A stretch of 64,000 bases of DNA from Macrostomum lignano (taxonomy: Eukaryota). The first letter of the stretch is position 1, and each line of letters starts with the position of its first letter. Made by a program: the position numbers and the translations under genes. Below are positions 29,555-44,620 of this stretch, in pieces. The notes beneath the pieces are model-generated. The model saw nothing but the letters and a program-made list of their open reading frames with translations. It had not been told where the DNA came from and did no database searches. The DNA lies in contig NIVC01001021.1 of assembly GCA_002269645.1 (NCBI GenBank), positions 124,001 to 188,000 on the forward strand, written 5' to 3'.

Positions 29555-32143
29555 CTAGCTGGCGGATGCTCATTTTGAGCTGCTGAGAGCTCGGTCTCTC
29601 GGAGACAGTGTCTGTTTTCTGTTTGTATAACATCGCGCTTTAATTTTTTAAGAACAAATACGTGCATGTACCACTTGTTGTTTCGTTTCAAGCACTTCGA
29701 AAATTTGACATCAAAAGTTTTTGTGGTGACCACAGTAACAAATAAGTCAGAAAAAACCTACCTAATTTGTGCTTTTGCAATTCGAAGTTTAAACTTTTTT
29801 CGATTTCTCAATGTAATTTTTTCCGGTAAACTTTAATGTTAGCTCGTCCTTCCTGCACTTACTTAAACACCCACTTTAAAAAACTATATGCTGTGTCAAA
29901 ACATTGTAACATATCAAAAATACATCAATTTTTCTCTGAATCTAAAATTACTTCAATAATTCGCTTTTAGTGCGTAAAAGTGATTTGTGAAAAAAAAGAT
30001 TTTGTTTTATTTGTTTACTTTTTTAAAATCGAGAAAGGTTAAGCTAAATAAATTTCTGTTGAAATAAAGTATAATTTATCGATTGTCTTTAAACTTTCAC
30101 AAATATATGTACAGGTATTATACGAGTAGAAGGATGCATAAAAGAAAATGATTAAGCTGTCCATTTTGACGCACTACGCAGTAATCTGTTTGCGTTGTAT
30201 AAAGCCTTTTCTACTGAAGCAAAGACGCCGTAATAAACATAAGTAGTCATATTGAGTAGTATACACGGCAAAACGCACTATGCGCGTATAAAATATCAAT
30301 TCACCGAGAGAACCACTGAATATGAATAAGCGATTAATATGCAAAAGAACCGACTTGACTGGGGTGATAATGTAAATTTGATGGAGAAAAACATACGAGT
30401 AAAACAAAAAGGAAAAAAACTCAGAATTGAACTCCTTGAACTTTTATAAAAAAGAAAGAAATCAAAATTGGAAAAACTACGATCGTATTTAAACTTCTCC
30501 TGTGAGCAGATAACCATTTAATTCATTTAGGAAACAATATTCGATTAAAAACACAATAAAACATGCAAGAGAGAATATTAACAAAATGTTTTATAGAAAC
30601 AAAACAAAAAAATTACAACACAAAAGATATTGAAATGGTGTTTTAAAAGCGATTTAAAAAAACTGCATGTTCATCAAGCGCACGAGCCATATTTCTTGGA
30701 TAAGATTTACAGCAATTTGCAAAACTGCATGTGTCTTGAATAGAATATTCGGTAGTGCTTCGTGAGCCCGTTTTCCAGCGGAGTATAAGAATTCAAGTGA
30801 GTACAAAATGACGGGTAAATGCTCACAATGATCGAATGCTATATGGATGAAAAGTAAAAACTAATGCAACGCGGAAACGTGGAGCCAATTATAGAGAAAT
30901 GGAAAGACAGTGTGATTAGACAAACGTAATGAATGTAATATGAATATCAATGTCCATTTACAAGCACTCGTATTGTGCTGATTTATTTACATTATGCAGT
31001 AGTAACTTTTGTACACTTCTTATGCCAGAATAATGGTCGATTACTTTGGTCACGAAAACTTTCATTCGCTTTTAACTTTTTTTGCACTTGAATTTAAGTT
31101 TCTAAACATTGATCCTCGACGTATCGATAAAATTACTGTAACTCAGACGACTATCCACTTGCCCGCGAGCTGGTTGTAGTTTCTTAGAAAATTTTAGTTA
31201 CTGCACGAAGCATGTAGCTTTGCGCAAAAATACACTGCGGAGAGAGGAAGTTTTCATTTATCTATTCTGCAGAAAAATAGCGATATAGTTTTTAAGATAG
31301 ACAGAACAGATTTAGTATATTGTGATTATAACTTGGAGAATGCCCAGGTTTCAGTGTAGCCGCTTGTGGCTTTTGGTTGATGGAAATTGAGAAAAAATTA
31401 TTAAATAAAGTAAAAGTCTACATTTAAAAATATAAAATATGCGATAAAAGTATATATGAAAAATTCAAATAAACTTTTTACTAAAAATCCATCGTATGTG
31501 AAATTATTACACGTGTCTTTGCAGTGAATTTTTCGAGTGAAACCAGCCCGGAAATGTTTTCTAAGAAACGAAGTTTTTATCCCAAGTCGTCTTTGGCGTG
31601 CAAAGTTCTGAAAACTAAACGAATCGCCAGCAATTTTCCATTTTTACGGTGGCAAAAAGAATTTAAAAATAATTTTAGATAAAACGCCTGGCCTTGCTTA
31701 TTTTTAAAGTTTTGTTCCTTTCAGAAGATGACTTTTACGTTTCTCTAAAGCAAAGAAGGCTTTTTCTCCGGACATTTTCATACAGTACCGGAAATTATTC
31801 TCTTTGAATGCTTTCAAGACTGGAAACTGGCTAAATCTCGCTACCACACAAGCATTGATTGAAGGTAAAATTTGAATCTCAATGGGCTATAAACGATCAA
31901 AGGTTTTTAATTACATGTAGTTTTGATTTTTCCTGTTTTCAACTGTATAACTACTTACAGTAATCTAGCTATAGCGTAACGCTCGTATATTACTACAGTC
32001 TGCAGAAATATTCAATCCACAGCACTAAAATGCTACCAAAATTCAAAAAATTTCTGCGGGTAAGCATTGTTGCCTCTTTGCCTATAATCACTGTCAAAGA
32101 TATTTTCGATACATATCGGCTCAAATTCTACTTTACCTCGAGC

Positions 32144-34385
32144 TTAGCACAGCGGAGTGTCAAACAGCAGGTAGTTCTTGAGCACAGTCGGCAGCGGCAG
32201 CTCGCCCACCGACTTGGGCAGTGGAGCTGGAAGCCGGTCGCGAATCAGCACCCGGCACAGGCGCATCAGGGACGTACTGGTCAGGCTGAACACCAGGGCC
32301 TTTTGCTCCGGCCCGATCCGGGACATTTTAGCGATGGCAGCTCGGTCAACCTTGACTGCGGCGGATAATAGCAGCTCGGCCAGTTGAGCATTCTCCGGAT
32401 TGTTCAACACGCGGGACAGGTGGCCTTGAACACCGTATCTGAGAGGGGGGCATTTAATTCGTAAATGTACATGTGCTTATTGAAAGAAAATGCAAAGAGA
32501 AGTTGTAATTTTGCACCTTTATTCCCCTGGCACTTCTACCTGTACATCCTCATGATGTATTATAAACTGATGTATTGTAAATGTACAGAGACCATCATAG
32601 ACTCACGTACATCCTCATTCAGACCACCATAGACTCACCTGCATCCTCATTCAGACCATAGACTCACCTGCATCCTCATTCAGACCACCATAGACTCACC
32701 TGCATCCTCATTCAGACCACCATAGACTCACCTGCATCCTCATTCAGACCATAGACTCACCTGCATCCTCATTCAGACCATAGACTCGCCTGCATCCTCA
32801 TTCAGACCACCATAGACTCACCTGCATCCTCATTCAGACCACCATAGACTCACCTGCATCCTCATTCAGACCATAGACTCGCCTGCATCCTCATTCAGAC
32901 CATACATTCACCTGCATCCTCATTCAGACCATACATTCACCTGCATCCTCATTCAGACCATCATAGACTCGCCTGCATCCTCATTCAGACCATACATTCA
33001 CCTGCATCCTCATTCAGACAACCATGTACTCACCTGCATCCTCATACCGACCATAGACTCACCTGCATCCTCATTCAGACCATACACTCACCTGCATCCT
33101 TATTAAGACCATAGACTCATGCTCATCCTCATGCATCCTCATGCTGCAGGCCCTGTATCCACGCCCTTCATTACCTAAGAGCATGAACTGAAGTCAATCC
33201 CCAAGGTATATTAAAAAGTGAGCAACTGACATTCTCTCACCTGTCCAACAGAGTGTACCCGCAAGCTCCCTGACAAAGATTGATTTTGGCTCCAAACTGT
33301 ACCAGCAGGTACACAGTAAAGGCGTCGAGCTCCTCGTTGCAGCCGAGGTATTCAACTAGCGGCGGCAGGCAGGGTGCATCCAGGCAGATCTTGTCCTTGA
33401 CGTTGCTATGCTGATTCGGCCGCGCCCCGGCGTCTAATAGCAGTTTGAGCAGCACGTTGCGACTCTCGAGTCGAACTACGGAGCACAGAAACTGCAGCGG
33501 GTAGATTTCGTATCTGCCCGACTGGTTTGGCCGATTCGGGTCGGCTCGATTGCGCAACAGGCAGCACAGCATAGGCGGACTGTTTAGCTTGATGGCCAGC
33601 TCCAGCGCTGTCGTGTCGTTCTGCACAAACTGGTCGGGATCGGCGCCGCTGTTCAGCAGCAGCTGCATAAGGTCGGTACGCCGGTTCTTCATCGCGTAGA
33701 ACATGGCCGACTTGCCGCCGAAAGCGAATGACGAACGTAGGTCGACGTTGGCCTTGTGGCACAGCAGCACCATGGCGGCTTCCAGCCGGCTCTCCTTACA
33801 GGCGCGCATCAGCGGGCTGAGGCCCCAACGGTTGAACGTGTCCGGATTGGCTCCGGCTCTGAGCAGCAGCTCGAGGCAGAGCAGATTCTCCAGGCTCATC
33901 ACCGAGACCAGGTCGCCCATGAAGTAGCGACAGTTCGGATTGGCGCCAAGCCGCAGCAGGGCCTCCACGCACAGCAGGTGGCCGTTCTCCACAGCGTAGG
34001 ACAGCGGGTCCTCGACCGTGTCCTCGGCCGGGATGTCGGCGAAGTCCGCGTCGCGACGATCGTAGCAGTTCGGGCGCTGCCAGTGCAGGCGAGCGCCGGC
34101 CTCGGCCAGTGCCACCAGGGCGCCCGTGCTGCCCCGGCGAGCGGCGATGTGAATCGGCGACAGTCCCTCCTCGTCGGCGCAGTTCAGATTGCAGCCGTGC
34201 TTAATCAGCAGCTGCAGCAGCTGCAGCTTGTTGTAGTGAGCCGCGTAGTGCACCAGCGACATGCCTTTGACGCGGATCTGGCTCAGGCAGACGCGGCCGC
34301 TAGCCAGGAGCAGCTGAAGGTCAGCCGCTGGTTTGTCGCTGCGCACCGCGTAGGCAAACAGCTTTGTGAAGTCGGCCGTTTCCAT
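32144..34385 (-). CDS. Ankyrin repeat and SOCS box protein (ASB-like), 479 aa; exons 34385-33241 and 32438-32144
   Basis: Multiple ankyrin repeats (GLSPIHIAA, PLSYAVENG, GLSPLMRAC, TALELAI). The phase-2 GT-AG intron joins in frame. SOCS box SLMRLCRVLIR...LPLPTVLKNYL. Confidence 0.92.
32590..33125. repeat. 29/32-bp intronic minisatellite (ACCATAGACTCACCTGCATCCTCATTCAG)
   Basis: Lies inside ASB intron 32439-33240. Confidence 0.92.
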
Positions 34386-35237
34386 CTTCTTCTACTCGTA
34401 GCGAGCTGGCTAATATTTTTTCTCCCGGTGCAACGAAATTCTGTCGCGGTCCTGGCCAGCCTTGGTGCCGTCGGTTTCGGGATATTTCTACTTGATTTCT
34501 CCTCCACTCTCCCCCCCCCTCAGTTCTTGCCCGTCGAGTGTTCGCGCGGGTCACGCGGGAAGAAGCGAACTACAGTTGGAAAACCGGGGAAGGGTAAGAA
34601 GGGAAGGGAGGTGGGTTGGCCAGCATCAGCTGACACAACGAACTGGATCAGCTGACTTCCATCCGGTTGCGTCTCCTAGCGCACTTTCGCCGTCCTGCTA
34701 AGCCTAACTGCAAAGAACGCTGCATGGTTGCCATGCAATGTCTGCGTCGATGTAGTTCGATAGCTACCGATATTCTGTTCTCTAAAAATTAGTCTATTAT
34801 TTATTCATAGGCTTGAATGGTATTTTAAGATTCTTCTACTATAGCTGCCATTCCTAGCGGTTGTTACAACGACAACACCAACAAGTGACTCGGTTCCAGT
34901 TGTTGGTCGGGAGCTTTAATATCTGTTTGTCTTGAAGGCAAGTTTTGAGACATTGGCTCAAACAGATTAGCTGAGCTGTTGTCTTATAATAGCTGTTCCT
35001 GGCCCCCTCAGGTGCCAGAAGCCGTTGCATTTACCAGTCAGCTATATCATGTGATAACTGTTCCATCCAGCACAAAACAAGCGAAGCATCACGTGCACCC
35101 GATGGTAAAACTTTTCGCATTCCAAATCTTTCTTTCCCGCTTTGGTCGTATCCTGGGTCTATATGTACTTTTATTTGCATCCCTGACCCAGCAAAGTCAG
35201 TATAGAAACTATTTATAGTGAACCGCTATTTTTTAGC

Positions 35238-36245
35238 GCTACAGACAATGATTTTGTGTCGCTACTGACAATGATTTTGTGTCGCTACTGACAATGATTT
35301 TGTGTTTGTGTCGCTACTGACAATGATTTTGTGTCGCTACTGACAATGATTTTGTGTCGCTACTGACAATGATTTTGTATCGCTACTGACAATGATTTTG
35401 TGTTTGTGTCGCTACTGACAATGATTTTGTGTCGCTACTGACAATGATTTTGTGTCGCTACTGACAATGATTTTGTGTCGCTACTGACAATGATTTTCTG
35501 TCGCTACTGACAATGATTTTGTGTTTGTGTCGCTACTGACAATGATTTTGTGTCGCTACTGACAATGGTTTTGTGTCGCTACTGACAATGATTTTGTGTC
35601 GCTACTGACAATGATTTTCTGTCGCTACTGACAATGATTTTGTGTCGCTACTGACAATGATTTTCTGTCGCTACTGACAATGATTTTGTGTTTGTGTCGC
35701 TACTGACAATGATTTTGTGTCGCTACTGACAATGGTTTTGTGTCGCTACTGACAATGATTTTGTGTCGCTACTGACAATGATTTTCTGTCGCTACTGACA
35801 ATGGTTTTGTGTCGCTACTGACAATGATTTTGTGTCGCTACTGACAATGATTTTCTGTCGCTACTGACAATGATTTTGTGTTTGTGTCGCTACTGACAAT
35901 GATTTTGTGTCGCTACTGACAATGATTTTGTATCGCTACTGACAATGATTTTGTATCGCTACTGACAATGATTTTGTATCGCTACTGACAATGATTTTGT
36001 ATCGCTACTGACAATGATTTTGTGTTTGTGTCGCTACTGACAATGATTTTGTGTCGCTACTGACAATGATTTTGTATCGCTACTGACAATGATTTTGTTT
36101 CGCTACTGACAATGATTTTGTATCGCTACTGACAATGATTTTGTATCGCTACTGACAATGATTTTGTATCGCTACTGACAATGATTTTGTGTTTGTGTCG
36201 CTACTGACAATGGTTTTGTGTCGCTACTGACAATGGTTTTGTGTC
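35238..36245. repeat. 23-bp minisatellite (CTACTGACAATGATTTTGTGTCG) with recurring 29-bp variant
   Basis: Read directly from the sequence. Confidence 0.95.
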
Positions 36246-36987
36246 GCGCTGATTTTTTGTATTAAACTTTCCTAGCTACGTAGGTTGTTTTAGGATATTT
36301 TCTTTTTCCTTTAAAACGGATATAAATATGATACCGTTCCACGCTACTGTGCGATAGTAGGCAGTGTAAAACTTGATATAGAATATTTAAACCGAAAAAA
36401 TATTGTAAAACCGAAAGCCCACCTAGAAATCCAGGCACTAAAATAAGGCTAATCAAAATGTGTTTATATTTTGTTATTCTACGAGATCGCCTGATTTTCG
36501 GCTTTAAAGGGTCGCTTAACTTCACAGGTGTGAAGGCCTTGGTGTAAACTAATTAAATGAGCCACCTAATGATAATTACCTGTCAAAAACTACATCCAAG
36601 CTTTAGTCAATAAAACAATTGTTAATTTTATTATGGCTAACAAGTGACAATATCGTTTCCGCTATCTGCCAGTGGGTAGCCAGCGATTTGAATTCCAACT
36701 ATTCAGGTTAGGTTTAGGGGTTTAGATGAGAGCTTAGATTAGAGTTAGTCAGTTTTCATCCGTAATATTCTCCTTGCTGGGCCTAAAAGCATAATAGCCT
36801 AATAGCCTAATTAACTAATCGCGCTCCTAATAGTCTTGCTTTGTACTGATTCCGCATATTTTAGTCAGTTCAATATAATCCTATTTAAGAATATTAAAAA
36901 TACATTTATATATAATTATCTGATGTTGCCACTGTATCTGCGGTCCTTGACTGCATCAAGGATGTAAATTTTAGTTGCAAGATAAAC

Positions 36988-36991
<4 letters not shown>

Positions 36992-37020
<29 letters not shown>

Positions 37021-37030
37021 CGAGAGACGA
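36992..37030. repeat. (GA)n microsatellite
   Basis: Read directly from the sequence. Confidence 0.9.
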
Positions 37031-37299
37031 GAACAAAGACCTCCAACGTATAGCAGTCTAGTTTGTTGAACAAAGAGTTCCGATGATAAAGTTAAATTTG
37101 TTTATACTAGTTCCTATTTTGTAATGTGTGGTGTGCCTACCGTTACTGCAGACAATTAGTAACTGTGCCACCTGGTAAATTTCGCCACTTTTGCTTTTTC
37201 CTGTCCAGTAGTTTGCAGCAGCTGTTGTAGATCCAATTAAACTACACTTGACGCTACAGAATAATCGCTTACATTGGTTTACCTCTGTAATGACTCACC

Positions 37300-40200
37300 G
37301 TCTACCCTCTGTCTACCTCTCAGTCTATACTTTTGTCTACTTTCTGTCTACCTCTCAGTCTACACTTTTGTGTCTACTTTCTGTCTACCTCTCAGTCTAC
37401 ACTTTTATCTACTTTCTGTGTACCTCTCAGTCTACACTTTTGTCTATTTTCTGTCTACCTCTCAGTCTACACTTTTGTCTATTTTCTGTCTACCTCTCAG
37501 TCTACACTTTTATCTACTTTCTGTGTACCACTCAGTCTACACTTTTGTCTATTTTCTGTCTACCTCTCAGTCTACACCTACTTTCTGTCTACCTCTCAGT
37601 CTACACTTTTGTGTCTACTTTCTGTGTACCTCTCAGTCTACACTTTTGTCTATTTTCTGTCTACCTCACAGTCTACACTTTTGTCTACTTTCTGTCTACC
37701 TCTCAGTCTATACTTTTGTGTCTACTTTCTGTCTACCTCTCAGTCTATACTTTTGTGCCTACTTTCTGTCTACCTCTCAGTCTACACTTTTGTGTCTACT
37801 TTCTGTCTACCTCTCAGTCTACACTTTTATCTATTTTCTGTCTACCTCTCAGTCTACACTTTTATCTACTTTCTGTGTACCACTCAGTCTACACTTTTGT
37901 CTACTTTCTGTCTACCTCTCAGTCTACACTTTTGTGTCTACTTTCTGTCTACCTCTCAGTCTATACTTTTGTGTCTACTTTCTGTCTACCTCTCAGTCTA
38001 CACTTTTGTGTCTACTTTCTGTCTACCTCTCAGTCTATACTTTTGTGTCTACTTTCTGTCTACCTCTCAGTCTACACTTTTATCTACTTTCTGTGTACCT
38101 CTCAGTCTACACTTTTATCTACTTTCTGTGTACCTCTCAGTCTACACTTTTGTCTATTTTCTGTCTACCTCTCAGTCTACACTTTTGACTATTTTCTGTC
38201 TACCTCTCAGTCTACACTTTTATCTATTTTCTGTGTACCTCTCAGTCTACACTTTTGTCTACTTTCTGTGTACCTCTCAGTCTACACTTTTATCTACTTT
38301 CTGTGTACCTCTCAGTCTACACTTTTGTCTATTTTCTGTCTACCTCTCAGTCTACACTTTTATCTACTTTCTGTGTACCTCTCAGTCTACACTTTTGTCT
38401 ATTTTCTGTCTACCTCTCAGTCTACACTTTTATCTACTTTCTGTGTACCACTCAGTCTACACTTTTGTCTATTTTCTGTCTACCTCTCAGTCTACACCTA
38501 CTTTCTGTCTACCTCTCAGTCTACACTTTTATCTACTTTCTGTGTACCTCTCAGTCTACACTTTTATCTACTTTCTGTGTACCACTCAGTCTACACTTTT
38601 GTCTATTTTCTGTTTACCTCTCAGTCTACACCTACTTTCTGTCTACCTCTCAGTCTACACTTTTGTCTACTTTCTGTCTACCTCTCAGTCTACACCTTCT
38701 TTCTGTCTACCTCTCAGTCTACACTTTTATCTACTTTCTGTCTACCTCTCAGTCTACACTTTTATCTACTTTCTGTGTACCTCTCAGTCTACACTTTTGT
38801 CTACTTTCTGTCTACCTCTCAGTCTACACTTTTGTCTACTTTCTGTCTACCTCTCAGTCTACACTTTTATCTACTTTCTGTCTACCTCTCAGTCTACACT
38901 TTTATCTACTTTCTGTGTACCTCTCAGTCTACACTTTTATCTACTTTCTGTGTACCACTCAGTCTACACTTTTGTCTACTTTCTGTCTACCTCTCAGTCT
39001 ACACTTTTGTCTACTTTCTGTCTACCTCTCAGTCTACACTTTTATCTACTTTCTGTCTACCTCTCAGTCTACACTTTTGTCTACTTTCTGTGTACCTCTC
39101 AGTCTACACTTTTATCTACTTTCTGTGTACCTCTCAGTCTACACTTTTGTCTATTTTCTGTCTACCTCTCAGTCTACACTTTTGTCTACTTTCTGTCTAC
39201 CTCTCAGTCTACACTTTTGTGTCTACTTTCTGTCTACCTCTCAGTCTATACTTTTGTGTCTACTTTCTGTCTACCTCTCAGTCTACACTTTTGTGTCTAC
39301 TTTCTGTCTACCTCTCAGTCTATACTTTTGTGTCTACTTTCTGTCTACCTCTCAGTCTACACTTTTATCTATTTTCTGTGTACCTCTCAGTCTACACTTT
39401 TGTCTACTTTCTGTGTACCTCTCAGTCTACACTTTTATCTACTTTCTGTGTACCTCTCAGTCTACACTTTTGTCTATTTTCTGTCTACCTCTCAGTCTAC
39501 ACTTTTATCTACTTTCTGTGTACCTCTCAGTCTACACTTTTGTCTATTTTCTGTCTACCTCTCAGTCTACACTTTTATCTACTTTCTGTGTACCTCTCAG
39601 TCTACACTTTTGTCTATTTTCTGTCTACCTCTCAGTCTACACTTTTATCTACTTTCTGTGTACCACTCAGTCTACACTTTTGTCTATTTTCTGTTTACCT
39701 CTCAGTCTACACTTTTGTCTACTTTCTGTCTACCTCTCAGTCTACACTTTTATCTACTTTCTGTCTACCTCTCAGTCTACACCTTCTTTCTGTCTACCTC
39801 TCAGTCTACACTTTTATCTACTTTCTGTGTACCTCTCAGTCTACACTTTTATCTACTTTCTGTGTACCACTCAGTCTACACTTTTGTCTATTTTCTGTCT
39901 ACCTCTCAGTCTACACTTTTATCTACTTTCTGTCTACCTCTCAGTCTACACTTTTATCTACTTTCTGTGTACCTCTCAGTCTACACTTTTGTCTACTTTC
40001 TGTCTACCTCTCAGTCTACACTTTTGTCTACTTTCTGTCTACCTCTCAGTCTACACTTTTATCTACTTTCTGTCTACCTCTCAGTCTACACTTTTATCTA
40101 CTTTCTGTGTACTTCTCAGTCTACACTTTTATCTACTTTCTGTGTACCACTCAGTCTACACTTTTGTCTACTTTCTGTCTACCTCTCAGTCTACACTTTT

Positions 40201-42380
40201 GTCTACTTTCTGTCTACCTCTCAGTCTACACTTTTATCTACTTTCTGTGTACCTCTCAGTCTACACTTTTATCTACTTTCTGTGTACCTCTCAGTCTACA
40301 CTTTTATCTACTTTCTGTGTACCACTCAGTCTACACTTTTGTCTATTTTCTGTCTACCTCTCAGTCTACACTTTTGTCTACTTTCTGTCTACCTCTTAGT
40401 CTACACTTTTGTGTCTACTTTCTGTCTACCTCTCAGTCTATACTTTTGTGTCTACTTTCTGTCTACCTCTCAGTCTACACTTTTGTGTCTACTTTCTGTC
40501 TACCTCTCAGTCTATACTTTTGTGTCTACTTTCTGTCTACCTCTCAGTCTACACTTTTATCTACTTTCTGTGTACTTCTCAGTCTACACTTTTATCTACT
40601 TTCTGTGTACCACTCAGTCTACACTTTTGTCTACTTTCTGTCTACCTCTCAGTCTACACTTTTGTCTACTTTCTGTCTACCTCTCAGTCTACACTTTTAT
40701 CTACTTTCTGTGTACCTCTCAGTCTACACTTTTATCTACTTTCTGTGTACCTCTCAGTCTACACTTTTATCTACTTTCTGTGTACCACTCAGTCTACACT
40801 TTTGTCTATTTTCTGTCTACCTCTCAGTCTACACTTTTGTCTACTTTCTGTCTACCTCTTAGTCTACACTTTTGTGTCTACTTTCTGTCTACCTCTCAGT
40901 CTATACTTTTGTGTCTACTTTCTGTCTACCTCTCAGTCTACACTTTTGTGTCTACTTTCTGTCTACCTCTCAGTCTATACTTTTGTGTCTACTTTCTGTC
41001 TACCTCTCAGTCTACACTTTTATCTACTTTCTGTGTACCTCTCAGTCTACACTTTTATCTACTTTCTGTGTACCTCTCAGTCTACACTTTTGTCTATTTT
41101 CTGTCTACCTCTCAGTCTACACTTTTGTCTACTTTCTGTCTACCTCTCAGTCTACACTTTTATCTACTTTCTGTCTACCTCTCAGTCTACACTTTTATCT
41201 ATTTTCTGTCTACCTCTCAGTCTACACTTTTGTCTACTTTCTGTGTACCTCTCAGTCTATACTTTTATCTACTTTCTGTGTACCTCTCAGTCTACACTTT
41301 TATCTATTTTCTGTCTACCTCTCAGTCTACACTTTTGTCTATTTTCTGTCTACCTCTCAGTCTACACTTTTATCTACTTTCTGTGTACCTCTCAGTCTAC
41401 ACTTTTGTCTATTTTCTGTCTACCTCTCAGTCTACACTTTTATCTACTTTCTGTGTACCACTCAGTCTACACTTTTGTCTATTTTCTGTCTACCTCTCAG
41501 TCTACACTTTTATCTACTTTCTGTGTACCACTCAGTCTACACTTTTGTCTACTTTCTGTCTACCTCTCAGTCTACACTTTTGTCTACTTTCTGTCTACCT
41601 CTCAGTCTACACTTTTATCTATTTTCTGTGTACCTCTCAGTCTACACTTTTATCTACTTTCTGTCTACCTCTCAGTCTACACTTTTGTCTACTTTCTGTC
41701 TACCTCTCAGTCTACACTTTTGTCTATTTTCTGTGTACCACTCAGTCTACACTTTTGTCTATTTTCTGTCTACCTCTCAGTCTACACCTATTTTCTGTCT
41801 ACCTCTCAGTCTACACTTTTATCTACTTTCTGTGTACCTCTCAGTCTACACTTTTGTCTACTTTCTGTCTACCTCTCAGTCTACACTTTTATCTACTTTC
41901 TGTCTACCTCCCAGTCTATACTTTTGTGTCTACTTTCTGTCTACCTCTCAGTCTACACTTTTGTGTCTACTTTCTGTCTACCTCTCAGTCTATACTTTTG
42001 TGTCTACCTTCTGTCTACCTCTCAGTCTACACTTTTATCTACTTTCTGTGTACCTCTCAGTCTACACTTTTGTCTATTTTCTGTCTACCTCACAGTCTAC
42101 ACTTTTGTCTACTTTCTGTCTACCTCTCAGTCTACACTTTTGTGTCTACTTTCTGTCTACCTCTCAGTCTATACTTTTGTGTCTACTTTCTGTCTACCTC
42201 TCAGTCTACACTTTTGTGTCTACTTTCTGTCTACCTCTCAGTCTACACTTTTATCTATTTTCTGTCTACCTCTCAGTCTACACTTTTATCTACTTTCTGT
42301 CTACCTCTCAGTCTACACTTTTATCTACTTTCTCTCTACCTCTCAGTCTACACTTTTGTCCTACTTTCTGTCTACCCCTG
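37300..42380. repeat. ~5-kb array of a 35-bp unit (CTTTCTGTCTACCTCTCAGTCTACACTTTTGTCTA) with 30- and 37-bp variants
   Basis: Read directly from the sequence. The unit has no stop codon on the + strand, giving the 500-1700 aa ORFs. Confidence 0.97.
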
Positions 42381-42919
42381 TTTACCCCTTAGTCTATTAG
42401 AAAGTCTATCATTTCTAATTGTCTTCCCCACTCTCGTCTCACCTCCAGTCATTCACCACGTCCCCCCTGTTCAAAGCGCATGATCGCTGCTGCAATATGG
42501 GCTGGAGTGCCTGCTGATGAGCAGTTTATAACCCCTTAGAAGGTCCGAAACCGAATGTTATGCTTGCACTTCTTGGCTTGGAATGCATTCCAGTCTAGCC
42601 AAAGGGGAAAAATGAAATTGACAGTCAGAAAAACATGTTTTCACGAAATCCATTTGCAGCAGCTCTTCAGAAACCGATTGCAAAGCGTAAAAAAGTTTCG
42701 ATGCGTCTCCTAAGGTTAGCAGAGTGATATTCTGAGCTGGAGACGCCTTTCTGACATTGCTCGCAATTCTCGCCCCGAGCCATATTTTATAAGGGCTATT
42801 TTATCGATTTATCACAAATATTTCAGCAACTGCAGCAAAAATCCTATGAAAACTGTGAGTCTGTCCTGTGTCTACCTGTCTACCCTTCTGTCTGCCTAAA
42901 CCTTTGGGCTGGTTACTAG

Positions 42920-43232
<313 letters not shown>

Positions 43233-43794
43233 GGACATGACAGTATGTCTCCATGTAACACGATGACCAATCGTTACTTTATCCTTCGAATCAAACTTTA
43301 CAGTGCACTTTTGTGCCAGACAATCTTTTTCTTATTGCCAGACCAAATCAACTCAACCTAATCTGCTCAAGGAAGTGAGGAATTTCCCTGGTCTAAAGGG
43401 ATTTGGTCTGTTGATCTCGTGCGATCGGCCTTTGAATGTGTAGTAGTTGTCAGTCCCACTTCTCCACCCATTCAAGCACATTGGGAACCGTCTATTTCTA
43501 TACTGAAAGTTATTCTCTACTCTCCTCTCCTTCCTAAAGTGAGCTCAGACAGATCAAGCAGTTTCGGAGTGGAACTTTGGCCTGAATAAACAGTTCTAGA
43601 TGGCTCAAATCTTTTATAATAGAGATTAGAAAGTTTAACGGAAAAATCTCCAGATACCTGTTCCACTTATCGTTCTCTCACGCTCTCACACTCATGACTT
43701 TTATTTTGTTTGGTTCTTTACCGCTCTTGCTATGTACCTCCCCCGTTTGTCTCTCTTTCTCTCTTTTCTTCTTAGTTCTTCCCTTACTACCAGT

Positions 43795-44620
43795 TTCCGC
43801 TCTCTATCTCACCCCCCTCTCCTTCCCACTCTCTATCTCACCCTATCCCTCTCCTTCCCACTCTCTATCTCACCCTATCCCTCTCCTTCCCACTCTCTAT
43901 CTCACCCTCCCTCTCCTTCCCACTCTCTATCTCACCCTCCCTCTCTTTCTCCACTCTCTATCTCACCCTCCCTCACCTTCCCACTCTCTATCTCACTCTT
44001 CCTCACCTTCCCACTCTCTATCTCACCCTATCCCTCTCCTTCCCACTCTCTATCTCATCCTCCCTCTCCTTCCCACTCTCTATCTCACCCTATCCCTCTC
44101 CTTCCCACTCTCTATCTCACCCTATCCCTCTCCTTCCCACTCTCTATCTCACCCTCCCTCTCCTTCCCACTCTCTATCTCATCCTCCCTCTCCTTCCCAC
44201 TCTCTATCTCACCCTATCCCTCTCCTTCCCACTCTCTATCTCATCCTCCCTCTCCTTCCCACTCTCTATCTCATCCTCCCTCTCCTTCCCACTCTCTATC
44301 TCACCCTCCCTCTCCTTCCCACTCTCTATCTCACCCTATCCCTCTCCTTCCCACTCTCTATCTCATCCTACCTCTCCTTCCCACTCTCTATCTCACCCTA
44401 TCCCTCTCCTTCCCACTCTCTATCTCACCCTCCCTCTCCTTCCCACTCTCTATCTCACCCTATCCCTCTCCTTCCCACTCTCTATCTCACCCTCCCTCTC
44501 CTTCTCCACTCTCTATCCCACCCTCCCTCTCTTTCTCTATTCTCTATCTCACCCTCCCTCTCCTTCCCACTCTCTATCTCACCCTCCCTCTCATTCGCCA
44601 CACTATCTCACCCTCCCCTT
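43795..44620. repeat. 28/32-bp pyrimidine-rich minisatellite (CCCACTCTCTATCTCACCC[TATC]CCTCTCCTT)
   Basis: Read directly from the sequence. Confidence 0.92.

Noticed and set aside
33756-34655. 299-aa plus-strand ORF
   Set aside because: Antisense shadow of the ASB coding exon.
36700-36750. Telomere-like TTAGG(G) stretch
   Set aside because: Too short and degenerate to call an interstitial telomeric repeat or a Helitron-associated motif.
37248-42483. ORFs of 300-1716 aa
   Set aside because: Translations of a stop-free 35-bp tandem repeat in all three frames; no protein-like complexity.
42505-42570. CTGATGAG...CCGAAAC hammerhead-like spacing
   Set aside because: Stems I and II do not pair convincingly beyond one base pair.
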